Assembly: GCF_009914755.1 (NCBI RefSeq)
Contig: NC_060930.1
Length of the DNA stretch: 64,000 nucleotides
Reading direction: 5' to 3' (one strand)
Source: the human T2T-CHM13v2.0 reference genome, Homo sapiens
The position numbers and the translations under genes were made by a program. How positions within the stretch are numbered: the first letter of the stretch is position 1; every line of letters starts with the position of its first letter. The notes beneath the pieces were generated by a model that worked only from the letters and a program-made list of their open reading frames with translations, had not been told where the DNA came from and made no database searches. Below, piece after piece: positions 27,571-41,640 of the stretch.

Positions 27571-28684
27571 CTTAAGGCCAGAGAGCAACCAAAACTAGGT
27601 TGTTTCTGCCAATTAGCATCCCATGTAGGTAGATAGCAGTGGATCTGCTTTGGAGTTGGCAAGTCCTGTGTCTTAATCCTTAGTTCTCTGCCCTTCTCTC
27701 TATATCTTGCCTATCATCTTCCAAACAGCTCTACTCTTTCACCAGCAGGGCCCTCTATATTCCTCTACCTACCAAATCCCTTCCACCATTCAGGACCCAA
27801 TTGAAACCTCACCTATTCTGTGAAGATTTCCTTGGCCTCTCTCACTAGACCTCTCACCTTTCAGAACTCATGACATGTTGTTTCTGTGCTACCATTTGAT
27901 GCTTATCATACAACCTTTGACCATTTTTATGATTTATGGTTTCTAGAGTGCTTTATGTTTTGTGCTTATTCTTCTCAACAATATGGTGAATTTTTTGAGG
28001 TCGAGACTAAATCTACTGTATCTTTTTTCCATGAGCAATGATTATCTCTTGCCACAGAACTTCCACCCTAGGCAAAGTTCAAACTACATGTTGATTGGCA
28101 TTTTCTATGGCCACATGTGTATAGTTCAACTTCCAAAAGCATTTAATAACATTAGTAGGTTGGTCTCTGGCAGCTTTTAAGGAAATTTGGCAGCCCAAGG
28201 AGATTGATGCAGAGCCTAAGACTGTTCCTTCGATGATGTGCCAATTGTGTCAGAATTGATGTTCTATTTAATTCATTCTCTGTCACCAAAAATTACTTCT
28301 GGGCTATGGATTAGATTCAGTTTTATTAAATCTGTTTTACAAAGCCTGGCTCTAGGATACGACAAGGGAGCTGGAAGCTGGAAGCTGGAAGCTGGTATTG
28401 AACTCCTCCAGGAAAGTTCCTGGACTCTCTAAAGACCCAGTCAATAAGTCATGTTAGAGATTATAGAGAAGTTTCAAACCCAGAACTGTTATGAGCTGGT
28501 GATTCACCTAAATAAATTAGCCTGCAATTAGGGAAACCTTTATTCAATAAAAGTTTTACCTTTGGAATAGTGAACTAAACCTGTTACTTTGGCAGTAATT
28601 TGCCAAATGATGCCAATATCAACCAACAAGTAAGAAACAAAATTCAAAGTAAGGCCATTTGGTTTGGTCAAGTGCCAAAGCAAC

Positions 28685-29290
28685 TGTTAGGGCTCAGAAA
28701 GCAATACTCCAAAGCATGGAGCTTTACATGTTGAGTGTTTTGAACTAAGAAGCAGCCTTACAAGCAAGGTCTCTCTCTGACCTTCTCCCAACCCCTGTCT
28801 CTCAGCCCTCTGTCTCTTCCAAAGCACAGGGAGAGTCTTTTCTCTAAAGTTTCTTTACCTATCTAAAGATTGGATCCACTAAAGAGGAACACAATAGACT
28901 TCAGTCTTCTAACTGAAATTTCATTAACCAAGGAAGATTAAATTTATATCACAGAGGAAGAGACTGAAAAATCAAATGCCATAACTGGAGCCCAGACAAA
29001 CATTACCCCAGGCCATTGTCTGTTCTATGGGCCCATTCTTTTCCCCTAAAAATCATTTACTACCCCTCTAAAATTGCCTACACCTCCATTTCCTTCTCTC
29101 CTATGAAGAAGGGTATATAAACTTCTAGACCTCATGGGGTATTGGGCATTCACTTTCTTATGATGCCCCCATGCATGTAAATAAATTTATATACTTTTTC
29201 TCTTGTTAATCAATCTATTGTCACTCTATTTCTCAAACTCAGATATCAAACGTCAAGAGGTGAAGGAGGGGGTTCTTTCACTCCTTCACA
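28685..29290 (+). mobile_element. ERV1 solo LTR, MER34/MER39 group
   Basis: TGTTAGGGCTCAGAAAGCAATACTCCAAA start, TATATAA box ~29114, AATAAA ~29180, ends in CA. Confidence 0.75.
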
Positions 29291-29899
29291 AAAATAGAAC
29301 AGCGAGCAATAGACTGAACAAAAAAACATATCAAACAATGGCAGTGGCCTCTTTCTATTGTGGAGACCATGTCTTAGATCTACCAAAATGTCATGCATAA
29401 CTGAAACTTGCAATGTGAAGGGCAAAGAATATAATCTACCAACACTCAAGTGATGGCTGCTAACCTGAATGTGTCTAGGTAATAGCAGGAAACCCAAGGA
29501 AGTATTTTCTGGGGTCCCTAAGTGAGGAGAGGGCAAATAGGGAGGACCTTTTAGCAAACATTGTTCCAGCAACCTTATTACAAAGGACAAACTTTGTAAG
29601 ATTTTGACAACTACAAACGATCTAAGTTCTCCTCTTGGGCAAGCAGCCACCAGCCAGTTTTTAGCATTAAAACATTGCTGGTTCTAAGGTTGAATAGTGG
29701 AGTCAAGTGAATTTGGAAAGATCAAATTAAAAAATGAAACTGGGGATTGGGGAAAGCAAGCGGGTACTAATGAGTGGGTAGCAGTGGGCTTGAGCCATTC
29801 CCTGAGACTCTAGAATGTAGACCCAAGCACCTTTTATGGGTACCCAGTTATGTATTCATGGATGAAAAGGAAAGTATTAAAGGTACTTAGTCAATGTGG

Positions 29900-31150
29900 A
29901 CACACATATTGACTTTGTCATCTTACATATTTCCAATTCTCTGTTCATATCCCTTCTTTTTCTTCTGTGCAATACTCAAATTTAGAGATTCATTTGGATC
30001 CTAATTCTTTCTCTGATCTCCTTAGGGGTACATATTCCTTTATTTTCTTGTAGATGTTGCCAAGCAAAGTCATTCATAATTTAATCTTCGGGAAAAAAGA
30101 CATTTTTCTTCAAATTTATCAAATTTTTTTATTTTCTTAATATGTGATTATTACTTCATTCATCTACTCTTTCCAAAGCACTTATTAAGTATCTTCTAGT
30201 TCTTATGTTTGCAGAGTAAAGTATTTTGGCAAGATCTGAAATGGACTGTTGACCAATAATACTTTAAGGAGTCTATGTGCATAGTATTTTGTAGAACATT
30301 TTGTTGGTCTTAGTCCTAAAATTTCCTCCTCCTGCATTAAAATTATGCTATATGCCACATGAGAAATTATCTATTAACTTAGTTCTCTTACAGTTTTCTT
30401 TACTATTGCTAAAATCAGTTCTTAATCATACAATTCAAACATGCAGCTCCATTGTCATTATTTAGAAATACCTCTTTAAAAACTCTGGTTCTTTCAGAAC
30501 ATGAATTACCTAAGTTTTCATTATTTAATCCACTATTCATTCCAGCTTTTAAAAACTGTCTTTTACTTTTAAATTCCTCTTTTTTCTTCAAGTTAGCAAT
30601 AACATATAATTCTGTAATCTGTCTATGATGATTTGCTTCAAAAGCATTATCAATGATGTTATTTTAATCTATGTAACAGTGTTACTCTTAAAACAAGTAA
30701 CTCGTTTAGAAAGCACGCCTGTTGTAAATTTACTTTTAATTAAAATATTAAGCACTTCACTTACATTATGTTTACTGAGTTTTGGATTAAGAACTTTTTA
30801 ATTTTTATCTATGTTCACTAGTCAGAAAAAGCGGATGTTTTTGGAAACACTACTTGCTTAAAACATCTTTTTTCAAGCTCCCTAGGCTTCATTGTTTTGT
30901 GGTTAGCTGCCTTAAGCAGCCTAAAGTGTAACAGTCTTTCCTGAATTATTTCCAAAGATATTACTGAGAATTCTGTTGTCTTCAAAAAGCCCGTAGAAGT
31001 GTCTGCTGGTCTTTTACATTAGTTTAGTTTTCTATGGAGGAGAATCATCATCTGAGTAATACTCGGGAATGTGAATTCTCTCCAGTGTTATTAAAAAGTC
31101 AGCATGCATTGTTTTGAAGGCCTATGAGTACATGCACGTTCTGTCAAAGC
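29900..31150 (-). mobile_element. Possible highly decayed CR1/L3-type LINE relic
   Basis: Minus-strand translation near 30960-31012 reads KTSRHFYGLFEDNRILSN, resembling the CR1 endonuclease motif SRRFLECxEDNFL. Boundaries are a guess. Confidence 0.3.
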
Positions 31151-32329
31151 TGATCTCTTAGCAGTATCAATGATTCCCATATCTTGGTCTTGGTTCAGGA
31201 GTGGGAGCTGCTGAAGGTGGATTTAGGAAAATGTCGCAGGCTCCCTGGCTCAGACCTCACTTCCACTGGACTAATGCCCTGAAGCCAGGCTTCCAGGCTG
31301 GCTGGGGCTTGCTGGCTCAGAAAAGGAGGCAAGGAAACAGAACCAGAGGAACACGGCAGGAGAGGAAAAGTCTTCAAGATTTTCTGGTACCTGTTGGGGT
31401 GATCTACAAAGGACTTTTTCATTCATTTTTAGCAAAGTTTAATGTGTCCTATAATATCCATATTTGGAATGCATGTTTTAAGTTTTGCCTTCTATAAAAG
31501 CTTTCCCTTCTAATATATTTGTTTACCTTTCCAATGTCTGTAAACATACTTGAATAATGATGACCCTAAAATGAAAAAAAAAGAAAAAAGCTTTTCTGCA
31601 TCCTCTACCTGTTTTGTTCTTTTTTTAAAACAGGTCTCAAAAAGTAAAGAAAGCCATTCTCCAAATGACTAAAACAGATCTCATGTTTGTTACCATCCTT
31701 TATTATTTTTCTTCTAAACATGTAATCTAACATTACATAGTCATGAACAGCAAATTATATTATCTACTCATACTTGCGGAGGTAAAAGGTGAGGGAAATT
31801 CATGTGTTTAGACTTGGGTCTTTACTGAGTTGTCTCCTGTCCTAAGGATGATGATTGCTAAGGAATCGGATTCTAAAATGTATTTTGATATACTGTCCAT
31901 GTTCAGATCGGTTTATAATCATATGAAACAAAACACTTATTATTAAACTCCGAGAAAACCTCTCTCAAATTGCATCTGACAACAAAAACTTTAACTTTTG
32001 GCACCCCAAATATTAGTTTTTGCTTCTTCCATTGTTGGTCCTAGTGGTTTCTTCTGTAATATGTATACTGACTGTTTGCAGCCTGGCAACAGCTCCAAGG
32101 AGTGAGGGGGGCTAGAAAACTATAGCCCCTTGTTAGCTGCAGTCCAAACTTCAAAGGCTTTGAGAACACTGAGCAGACAGGTTTCAGCAGCCGATAAAGC
32201 AGCCAGGCAAACAAAAGGCAGCTCCCCTCTCACCGAGGTGTCTCCTGATCCAGGGTGATTTTCAGCCCACTTTTTTCTTTTATTTGTGATGAAACTTCTG
32301 GCAATGAGAGACTCATTCTGCCCACAGTT

Positions 32330-32600
32330 GTGTGCCCCCTTGATTCGGCATCAGAGGGAGAGATGGGCATTTATGGCACCATAAATCAAGGGATTAAACC
32401 ATACACGAGCAGCTGGCACATGTGCTAATAACTATAATTATTAATCATGTCAATTTCACACCCTTCAAATTTATGCTATGTGCTTTCTGTAGGAAAGCCA
32501 TCCCTGGCGCCTTGAGCTGTTTATGGTATGAAAATATGATGTGCTGATGGTCTTTGATAATTGTCTTATGACAGTATTGATCTGCCTACAATTGGGTTTG
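32330..32600. promoter_or_regulatory. Candidate enhancer with PBX-HOX and MEIS motifs
   Basis: CCATAAATCA 32379-32388 (TGATTTATGG on minus), TTTATGG at 32370 and 32520, TGACAG 32569, GGATTA 32391. Confidence 0.5.
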
Positions 32601-33529
32601 TGGGGCATCGAAGCCCTGCAAAGTGGTTGTCCTTGTCTCCTGGTATACATCATTGTCACACATCCCCCATTGTTAGTGAGTGGCGTGAATTACTTTCAGC
32701 ATTTGGCCAAGTCTCTAGCTGCTAGGTCACCATTATTCTATCCTTATGTCACTGCGAGGACATTTACTTTGATGTTTCCTTTGTACCTCTTCGAAGGCAA
32801 AATCCTTTAACTTCAGGACGGGAGCCTGCAGCAGAGTTTCAGAAAGAAAAGACACTACAGGTTTGGGGTGGGCAGAGGCCAAAAAATATGGAAAAATGTG
32901 CTCCCTCAAGGGCCATTTTTTACTTGCCCTTGTCAAGGCTTGTCTATATCCGAAGAGGTGTGGCAAACGGGGAGCTGGAGATGCCAACCAATTGCCAAGT
33001 CTTGTGCTCATTCAGTAGCCCTTTCCAGAACACCCCAAAGTTGCTGCCACACACCAAATTATGCAAATTATTCTGCTTGTGGCACAGATGGTCAAGCTAA
33101 GAAATCAGACTGGCCAGGAGCAAGCAGTTAACCGTGGCCAAAGTGGTCTTTTTAACTCCAAGCGATTCATCCATTTGAAACCATAATGTCTCTTAAAGAC
33201 AAACCTGTTCAAGACCAAAAGCAGAGCAGCACCTTGCTGGTTAATCTGCATGTTCATTTGACCTTGCAGCCAATCGTCTGGGAGAGGCCAGGAGAGAGCA
33301 GAGTGCATGGGACTCTGCCCACTTGTTGGGAACGCTGCATGGCCCTCACTGGGCAGTGTCAAAACCGCTCCTGCTGTCTCTACAGCTGCTCTGTTCCAAT
33401 GACCCCCGGAAGGTTCTGGGGATTGTTAGAAGAGATTTCTATTAATCAACTACAAACCGACTGTTACAATTTCACACTTTTTTCCCATCATTTCACACAT
33501 TTAATGAATTTGGGTGTCTTTTACATTCA

Positions 33530-34345
33530 AAACACTTACAATCAGGCCAAAAAAAAAAAAAAAACTCACCCAAAAAAAAAAAAAAAACCCTTTCTTTAAC
33601 ACAATAGGCAGTAGCAAGACAGCAAACGCCACTTCAAGACTGAATTTCTGAAACTGGCCCTTTAGCTGAGAGTGGCCATCCTTGCCGGGGCGGGCGATTT
33701 ACTAGTTTACTAACATTGTTACCAGGCAGCAGCCCTGGCAGCATTTTACTAAATCCTCAACAAGAAAACTCGCAACTCGTCTGAAGTTTCAGTTTGTTTG
33801 TTGTTACTGGAGTTATATCAGGGAGTTCTTTTCTATGCCAGACTGGAGTTCAGATTTAAATCTTGCCCAACTCAAAAGCAAGCGCACAGGAAACACGAAC
33901 CTCGCCGCCGTGAGAGCAGCCTGAGTGAGCCAGCACTCACCAAGGAAAGGGCTGCAGGTTCGCTTGAGAGTGAGGATCAGCCGAATTCCTCACGCTGCTC
34001 ACTGAGACTTCCCCTCACTGAGACTTCACGCTCCTCACTGTCGGCTATCGGCCGACAGAAGATCTCACATCCAAGTCACAAAGACTCAGAACCTTCTTCA
34101 ACAAGAAACGTCACTTACAACGTGTTTGCTTCTCCATCTCTAAGCTCAAAGTGCCCCGTTTCTCTACAGCAAATTAGACTTTTTGCCTACTTTGGTGCTG
34201 AGAAGCCCAAACTACCAACCAAAGCTTTGGTTTTCTCTGAGGGCTGTCGGTACAGACGAGAGGCCGGGATTGTTCTCTAGCAACCCCTGCCGGTTGACAA
34301 TAAATGCCAGAAACTGACCCAGAGGCATTAGTTCATCCCCACGTT
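33530..34345 (-). promoter_or_regulatory. CpG-enriched promoter-like region, likely minus-strand oriented
   Basis: Roughly 28 CpG in ~740 bp by hand count, GC box 33687-33694, RFX-like GTTCTCTAGCAAC 34272-34284, four minus-strand GTRAGT motifs. Confidence 0.55.
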
Positions 34346-34649
34346 GGAGGGAAGTAAAAGATGTCAGGCTGAGGGAGAGCAGGTAGCACCTGAACGGGTA
34401 GGTGATTTCGTGTCAGTTCATCTTACATCAGCAAGAAAAGTAGGGTCGGATTTGATTTATATCAATATTTGGAGTGATGAAAATAATAGTCTATCAATTG
34501 GGGGAAATCTATACTGTATTCCATAGAAGTAATTAGATTTTATTATTGATGACAGACTACTGAATAATTAAAGTTTGCTAATTTTCTCTCTCTTCATTTG
34601 TATATTCTTTCTGTTTTTAAACTTTGGCTTCTCTTCACATTATTACTTT

Positions 34650-34833
34650 GGTGGACTGTGGGCACTTTTGCCTTCGTGGGCCCCTTCCACCATAACGATA
34701 ACAACATATTATTACATAATTTTAAATATGTCAACATTTTTTTCCTCTTTTAGATAAGGTGTAACAGATTGTTGTGGGCCCTTAAAATTATCGTGGGCAC
34801 CATGCCTTGGGGCCCAGTGGAGAAGGCGGCTCT
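34650..34833 (-). mobile_element. hAT-Tip100-type MITE (ORSL-like)
   Basis: GGCACTTTTGCCTTCGTGGGCCCCTTCC and GTGGGCCCTTAAAATTATCGTGGGC, ending GGCTCTG. Confidence 0.5.
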
Positions 34834-35884
34834 GCTCTCTGAAATGTTCCCCTAAGGGGCCTGGAATACTTTTCTTCTTCAAGTTGCCTTTGAGTTTGAA
34901 GATGTTTTAGTGCTGCTTTACTCATTAGCTAAGATACTGGTCCTAACATATCTTTACATCTATTTTCTGATATACCGTGCCATATGTCTTTTAAACAAAA
35001 CACTGCTTCCTGGCAAAGAAGCCACTGAGAGGCCAGTTGTTTGTTTGTGCACAGCTGGGTTTCGTCTTGCCTCTTGAAGGCCTAGGCTTAATTTCCTGAG
35101 TGCATTTCACCATACCTGGAGACATTTGGACAAAGCCTCAGACACAACTCGCACGCTCACACCCAGTGCCCATACATCACCAACTTACATTCATCTATTC
35201 ATTTGTTCAGAAAAAAACCCACCCAGTTTATGTTTTTAAAATTTCCCCCAATTAAACTGCCACTTCTAGGGCTTAAGAAACAAACCCAGGAATTTAATTT
35301 CTTGGGAAATTTTTCCAGAGGCAAATCAAGAACGCAGCCTGTCTAGTTCCCTGAGCTACTGACGTTCTAGGAGGAGGGATGATAACGGTTGAAGGGAAAG
35401 CCTGTAAAGTGATTGTACTCCCAAGAGCCTGGATGATTCAGCAAAAGCAGGCTAGGAGGCTGTGAGCGCAGAACTATTTTGCCCCTGGAAATGAGACATC
35501 CAAATTCAACAGGGACTTTTTTTTTTTTTGTCCTTTTGAGGATGGTTCTCCCTGACAAGAAATACCGGAGAAAAGCACAGCTCCCTTCAGCTGTCCCCTT
35601 CTGTGGGTTTTCCCATACGAAACTGTGCCCAGCCTGCCACCCTGCACTTTGTTATTATGACAGGAAAAAATGAATTTCTAATGTGCTACCTCTACCAGCT
35701 GCAAGGAGCTTGTGGATCTTCAGTCACTAGGCTCCCCGAGGGGAATCAGCCTGAATCAGGGTGGAAGGCCAGGACAAGGAAGAGCATCTCTAGGTTTAAA
35801 AAAAAAAAAAAATCTCTTTCCCTCTGATATTGGCATGAAGATGTTCTTAAGAACAAAGGTAAATTTACAAGCACATGTTGGACA

Positions 35885-36090
35885 GGAAGGGACAAGCACC
35901 AATGTCCCTTGCTGAGCACCTGCCTGTCACATAGATGATTTCATTAATTCTCACAATACTTTCAGAGAGTATTAGTTCCATGTTTATATACTAAGAAACT
36001 GAAGGGCAGAGGGAGCCCCAAGTATCCTCCCCAAAACTACACAGTTAGTAAGTGGCTGAACTCCGGCTTTTCCCTCCCTGACTCACTATT
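35885..36090 (-). mobile_element. MIR SINE
   Basis: TTCATTAATTCTCACAA..AAGAAACTGAAG..ACACAGTTAGTAAGTGGC. Confidence 0.7.
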
Positions 36091-36524
36091 TAATAATGTA
36101 TTGCATTGTAATAAGCAGAAATGAGTTGCTCTCTACCCTGTTGTATGATAGAAACAGCTCAGTCCGTGCTCCTGACAGCATTTGGTGTTTTACTAACATC
36201 CACTGAGTCCATGTGTGTGGGTAGGCTCATTTTAGAAACATGCCTAGACCTTTCCAGAATTGGTGACCCATGGAAGTGAGCAGCTACTTAGAAGTCTGAT
36301 ATGAAGAGGAGAAAAAAGGTCTTAGAGGGCACGTATTTCAACTCTTTTATTTTATCTCCAAGGAGACCTTAGTTCAGGCCTTCAATATTTCACATTTGAA
36401 TGATTCTTAAGTGGTGATTCTGTCTCACTTTAGCTTCTTTTCACACTCAAGGAATATCTCTTAAACTCAAATGGGATCATCTCATTCTACTCCTTTGTTT
36501 ACTGAATAATTCTACCAGAGTTTT

Positions 36525-36973
36525 ATCATCCATGGCAAATTGCTCTTTGCCCTAAAATCTGTTCTTCCCTTCATCCTGGACATACCCATTCCACCCCCAG
36601 CTAGAGACTACATTTCTCAGCCTCCTTTGTGGCTAGGTGGCCATTGACTAAGTTCTCATCCACGGAATGGGACGATGTAATATGTACGCTTATTTAAAAA
36701 GAAATTGCTACTCTGACCTTCATCTCTTTCTTCTTCCCATGAGCTAAAACGTAGATACGTCCGTGACCCAACTTCAACCAACCACGCAACGTCAATGACC
36801 CAGGGGATGCTGGAGCAACAGGAAGGAAGGAATTGATTGAACAATCACGTGGAGCAAAGCCACGTTGTTATTTAGGGCTACTACTTAAATCAGAGATCAT
36901 CTCTGTCTTCTTTAAGCCACTTCAGTTTGGAGGCTTTTTGTTCTAACAGGTTAGTGTTTACCTAAACTAGTGC
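36525..36973 (+). mobile_element. Old MLT1 (H/J-like) MaLR LTR
   Basis: GACTACATTTCTCAGCCTCCTTTG..GACTAAGTTCTC..TTTAAGCCACT. Confidence 0.65.
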
Positions 36974-37305
36974 GACATCGCCCTTCTCATTAGCATTCCT
37001 GCCTCCCTTTCAATCTTATCAGTAGTCACATCTCCAAATGCTCCCTGTCCTCCAAATATAAATTATAAATCTTCCAATTCTGTAGTAAGACCACACATAA
37101 AAACACTTTCCTGCCTTTTTACAGATGGTGTTGTTAACTGCCTCCCCGCCATTCATTCTCCCTTCTCCTGGCAACAATATTTTGATACCCCTTGGAGGAA
37201 CTTACCTCTCTCTCATTCTTTGCCATGTGATTAGAATGGGAATGAACCCCTTCCAGTTCTGGGGATAGTTCTTGACTGGCTGAAGCCATTGAAATAGCTT
37301 TTTCC

Positions 37306-38170
<865 letters not shown>

Positions 38171-38719
38171 CTACAGTGATAAATTCAGAGATGTGTACAT
38201 AACCCAGTTAGATCTCATGAGCAAAAATGAATCCTAAGACTTTTGCAACATTTTCCCTGGAGAGTGTTGGATGCAGATGTGAGTTCTGGAACTGTGATGG
38301 TCATTTTGTTACCACGAGCAGACCCTGCCTGAAGACGAAGGAATGTAGAACTGACAAAGACACAGAAAGATGGAGCCAGAATCCTGATAAGATTGTTTGA
38401 ATCTTAAGTCGAACTATATGTAAGACAAACCTACTCATATTTTGACTTCAACCAATTTGAGTTGGGGAGTCTGTCACCTTCATCATAAAGAATTCTAACA
38501 TGCTTTGGAGATGATCTTCCCTTGGAGCAATTTGTTTTTAATACTCTTCCATGTCAGCAAAACTCCTATTCATTCTTCAAGTATTAGGCAATCTCTCACC
38601 TTTCCTGTAAAACCTTGCATGATTCTGCCAACCTCATATCCCTCAGCCAGAGTTAGCTGCTTCTTTCAGTGATCTTAAAAAGCTTTGCATAGATTTTATC
38701 ATTTTTATTACATGTTGTA

Positions 38720-39260
<541 letters not shown>

Positions 39261-40064
39261 TCAGAAGGCCTAATGACTGTGAGTAACTTGAGGTCAAAGA
39301 ACACGTTTATTTTTTGCCATAAATTTTAGCCTAGCAGAATGACTACAATATAAATATTCAACATCTAACACATTTGTTATTTTTTACTAAAGCATGAAGG
39401 AAACAACAAAGTTTATTTCTACTCATACTAAGAAAACAATGACTTAAAATTAGATCACAATTAGAATTTGTTGCTTTGTGAGGTAGTGAGCTACCTATAA
39501 CTGGAGGTGATGAAGCACTGGTTGTGAGCCAGATCAAAACCCTGTCCTGGGGAGACAATTGGGTATGTCCAGGTGCAGTTGTTCAATGTGATTTAGTCCC
39601 TACCAGGAGGTCTGGTTGCCTGGGTTCAGAACAGCAGAGGAAAAATTAGACAAAAGACACATTCAGAAGTCAAGGTGCTCTGACAGTTCAGCAGACATAT
39701 GACCTAACTTCAACCAGCAGACAGGATCTGACCTAGGAAAGATGAAGACAAAAACCAGATCTCAAACAGATGTATTGTAGTTCAAGGTAGGGCAATCAGA
39801 CCTGTAGGAAGACTGAGCAGGCCACTGAATTGGGCCCCCGAAAGAGAAGCCCAGACATGAGGACTGGACCCACCCAGGAACTGGGAGTAAAGCAATTTGG
39901 GGACAGTTGGGTCCTAGGCCTCGCCTCTAGGAAACCTGGATTGCCCAGTCGGTGCTGAAGGTGTCTCAGATCTGCTTGGATCTATAATATTGGACCTGGT
40001 AAATATAACTTGATTCAGACTCCTTTGGACTCTGGAGTGAAGGCTATTGCATGTGCTGCAGTGT

Positions 40065-40489
40065 TGTTAAAGTGAACTAAATATGGCCTGAGAAGGACTC
40101 CGTACTTCTATAGTTGAGTTCTTGTGGAGGAACTGTAACCTAGCTTAATAGGCAAGATTGAAAACCTAACTTAGGAGTATGCCTCTGTAACAATAGCTGA
40201 GTGTTGGCCAATCCCAGCAGCCATACTTTAACCACTCATAGGCTGCTGAGTGTTCAAATAAGGCAAACAGGGAGCTGTAACTAATCCCACTGTTTCTGTA
40301 CCTCACTGCTGATTTCCTTACATCATTTTACTTTTTTTGTCTATAAATTTGTTGTGCCCACAAGGTTCCCCAGGAGTCTCTCTGAATCTGCTTTGATTCT
40401 GGAGGCTGCCTGATTTGCAAATAATTTCTTTTTTTTTTGCTCAATTATACTCCTTCAAATTTAACTTGTCTGAAGTTTTTTTTTAAACA
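40065..40489 (+). mobile_element. ERV1 solo LTR, MER57-like
   Basis: TGTTAAAGTGAACTAAATATGGCCTGAGAAGGACTCCGTACTTC start, CCAAT box, ends in CA; 4-bp TSD GTGT/ATGT. Confidence 0.85.
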
Positions 40490-41309
40490 ATGTCTTTCAA
40501 GACTAGCTTGAAAAATAAGATGGGCCTCCTTCCACATGGGAGTTATGAGGGTAGATACCATTTTATGGAACTTTGTTAAGACCAAGGAAGAAGAAATGAA
40601 AGCAGAGATAGAAAAGAACTATTCTACTGGAGAAATATAAAACTTTCCTAAAAATCAATTAATAGGGACATTTGGCAATCAACTGAGTACACTTTATGGG
40701 GTTTGGGTCCATCTCGTTACTGGCAATGATTTTAAATTTACTAGTCTCCATCCAGGGACTAAGTTTTGATATGCCATGACCAAAGTGTTCATACATAAAA
40801 TTAAAATCAATATGCAGATTTCTTACTTCTGCCTTTCCTTCAGTGTTGGGCTAGCAGTATTTGTATTGCAATGACCTCTCTATGGAATAGAAGAGTAAAT
40901 CAGACTCCATTAAAATTTGGCTAACACACAATTCAAATATGTCTAGGATTTTTTGTTGTCTTGTAATAATCTCTCATATAAATTCTTACACTCCTCTCTC
41001 TGTAAGACTGGACAATCATTTCTCCATTAGAATATAAACTCCATGAGGGCAGAGATTTGTTCACTGATTATTGTGAGAACATAGAGCCTGTACCTAGCAC
41101 TTCCTCAAAAAATATTTGCTGATGGAAACTAAATGTTGGCAATTGGGAAGTGGGGAGGCTTTCTTTTATTCCATTTTCTTGTATTTTCTTCTTTCATTGG
41201 CTTCCTGTTTGTTAAGGCCATACTAGGTACATGAGATATTTTTAAAGACCTACTCTGACTTCAAAATTACATAGATAATTTTTCATCAATTTTAAAAAAG
41301 TGAAACACC

Positions 41310-41640
41310 TGCTATAAGCCATATGTCATGCCAGGGACTGCAGGAACTACAAGTATGAAAAAGACTAGGACCTTGTCTTTTGTTTACAATTCAATGAAAG
41401 AGATAAAAATATACATAAGTTACTGTAATGTGAGGTGTTATGAGTTATGTGATTGGAAAAGAAGCATATAATCTATATTGTGATCTGGGAGATGGTTATA
41501 GTGATGTGTACATGTGCAAAAAGTCATAGCACTGTACACTTGAGATTATAAACTTTATTTTATATTAAGGTATAATTGATAAACCTCAACTTAAAAAAAG
41601 AGGCACTAATTAGGGGTTCAGAGGAAGAGTCAGTTTATGA
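41310..41640 (-). mobile_element. L2 fragment with an embedded short L1M fragment
   Basis: TGCCAGGGACTGCAGG..ACAATTCAATG..GGGGTTCAGAGGAAG; L1MC-like TGATCTGGG..GTACACTTGAGATT between them. Confidence 0.5.

Noticed and set aside
25298-27662. ORFs with real protein similarity (also 55772-61591)
   Set aside because: They are frameshifted L1 ORF1/ORF2 remnants, not host genes.
33798-34280. Longest ORF in the track (160 aa)
   Set aside because: Non-ATG start, no recognisable domain, Ser/Arg-rich composition expected from GC-richer promoter DNA.
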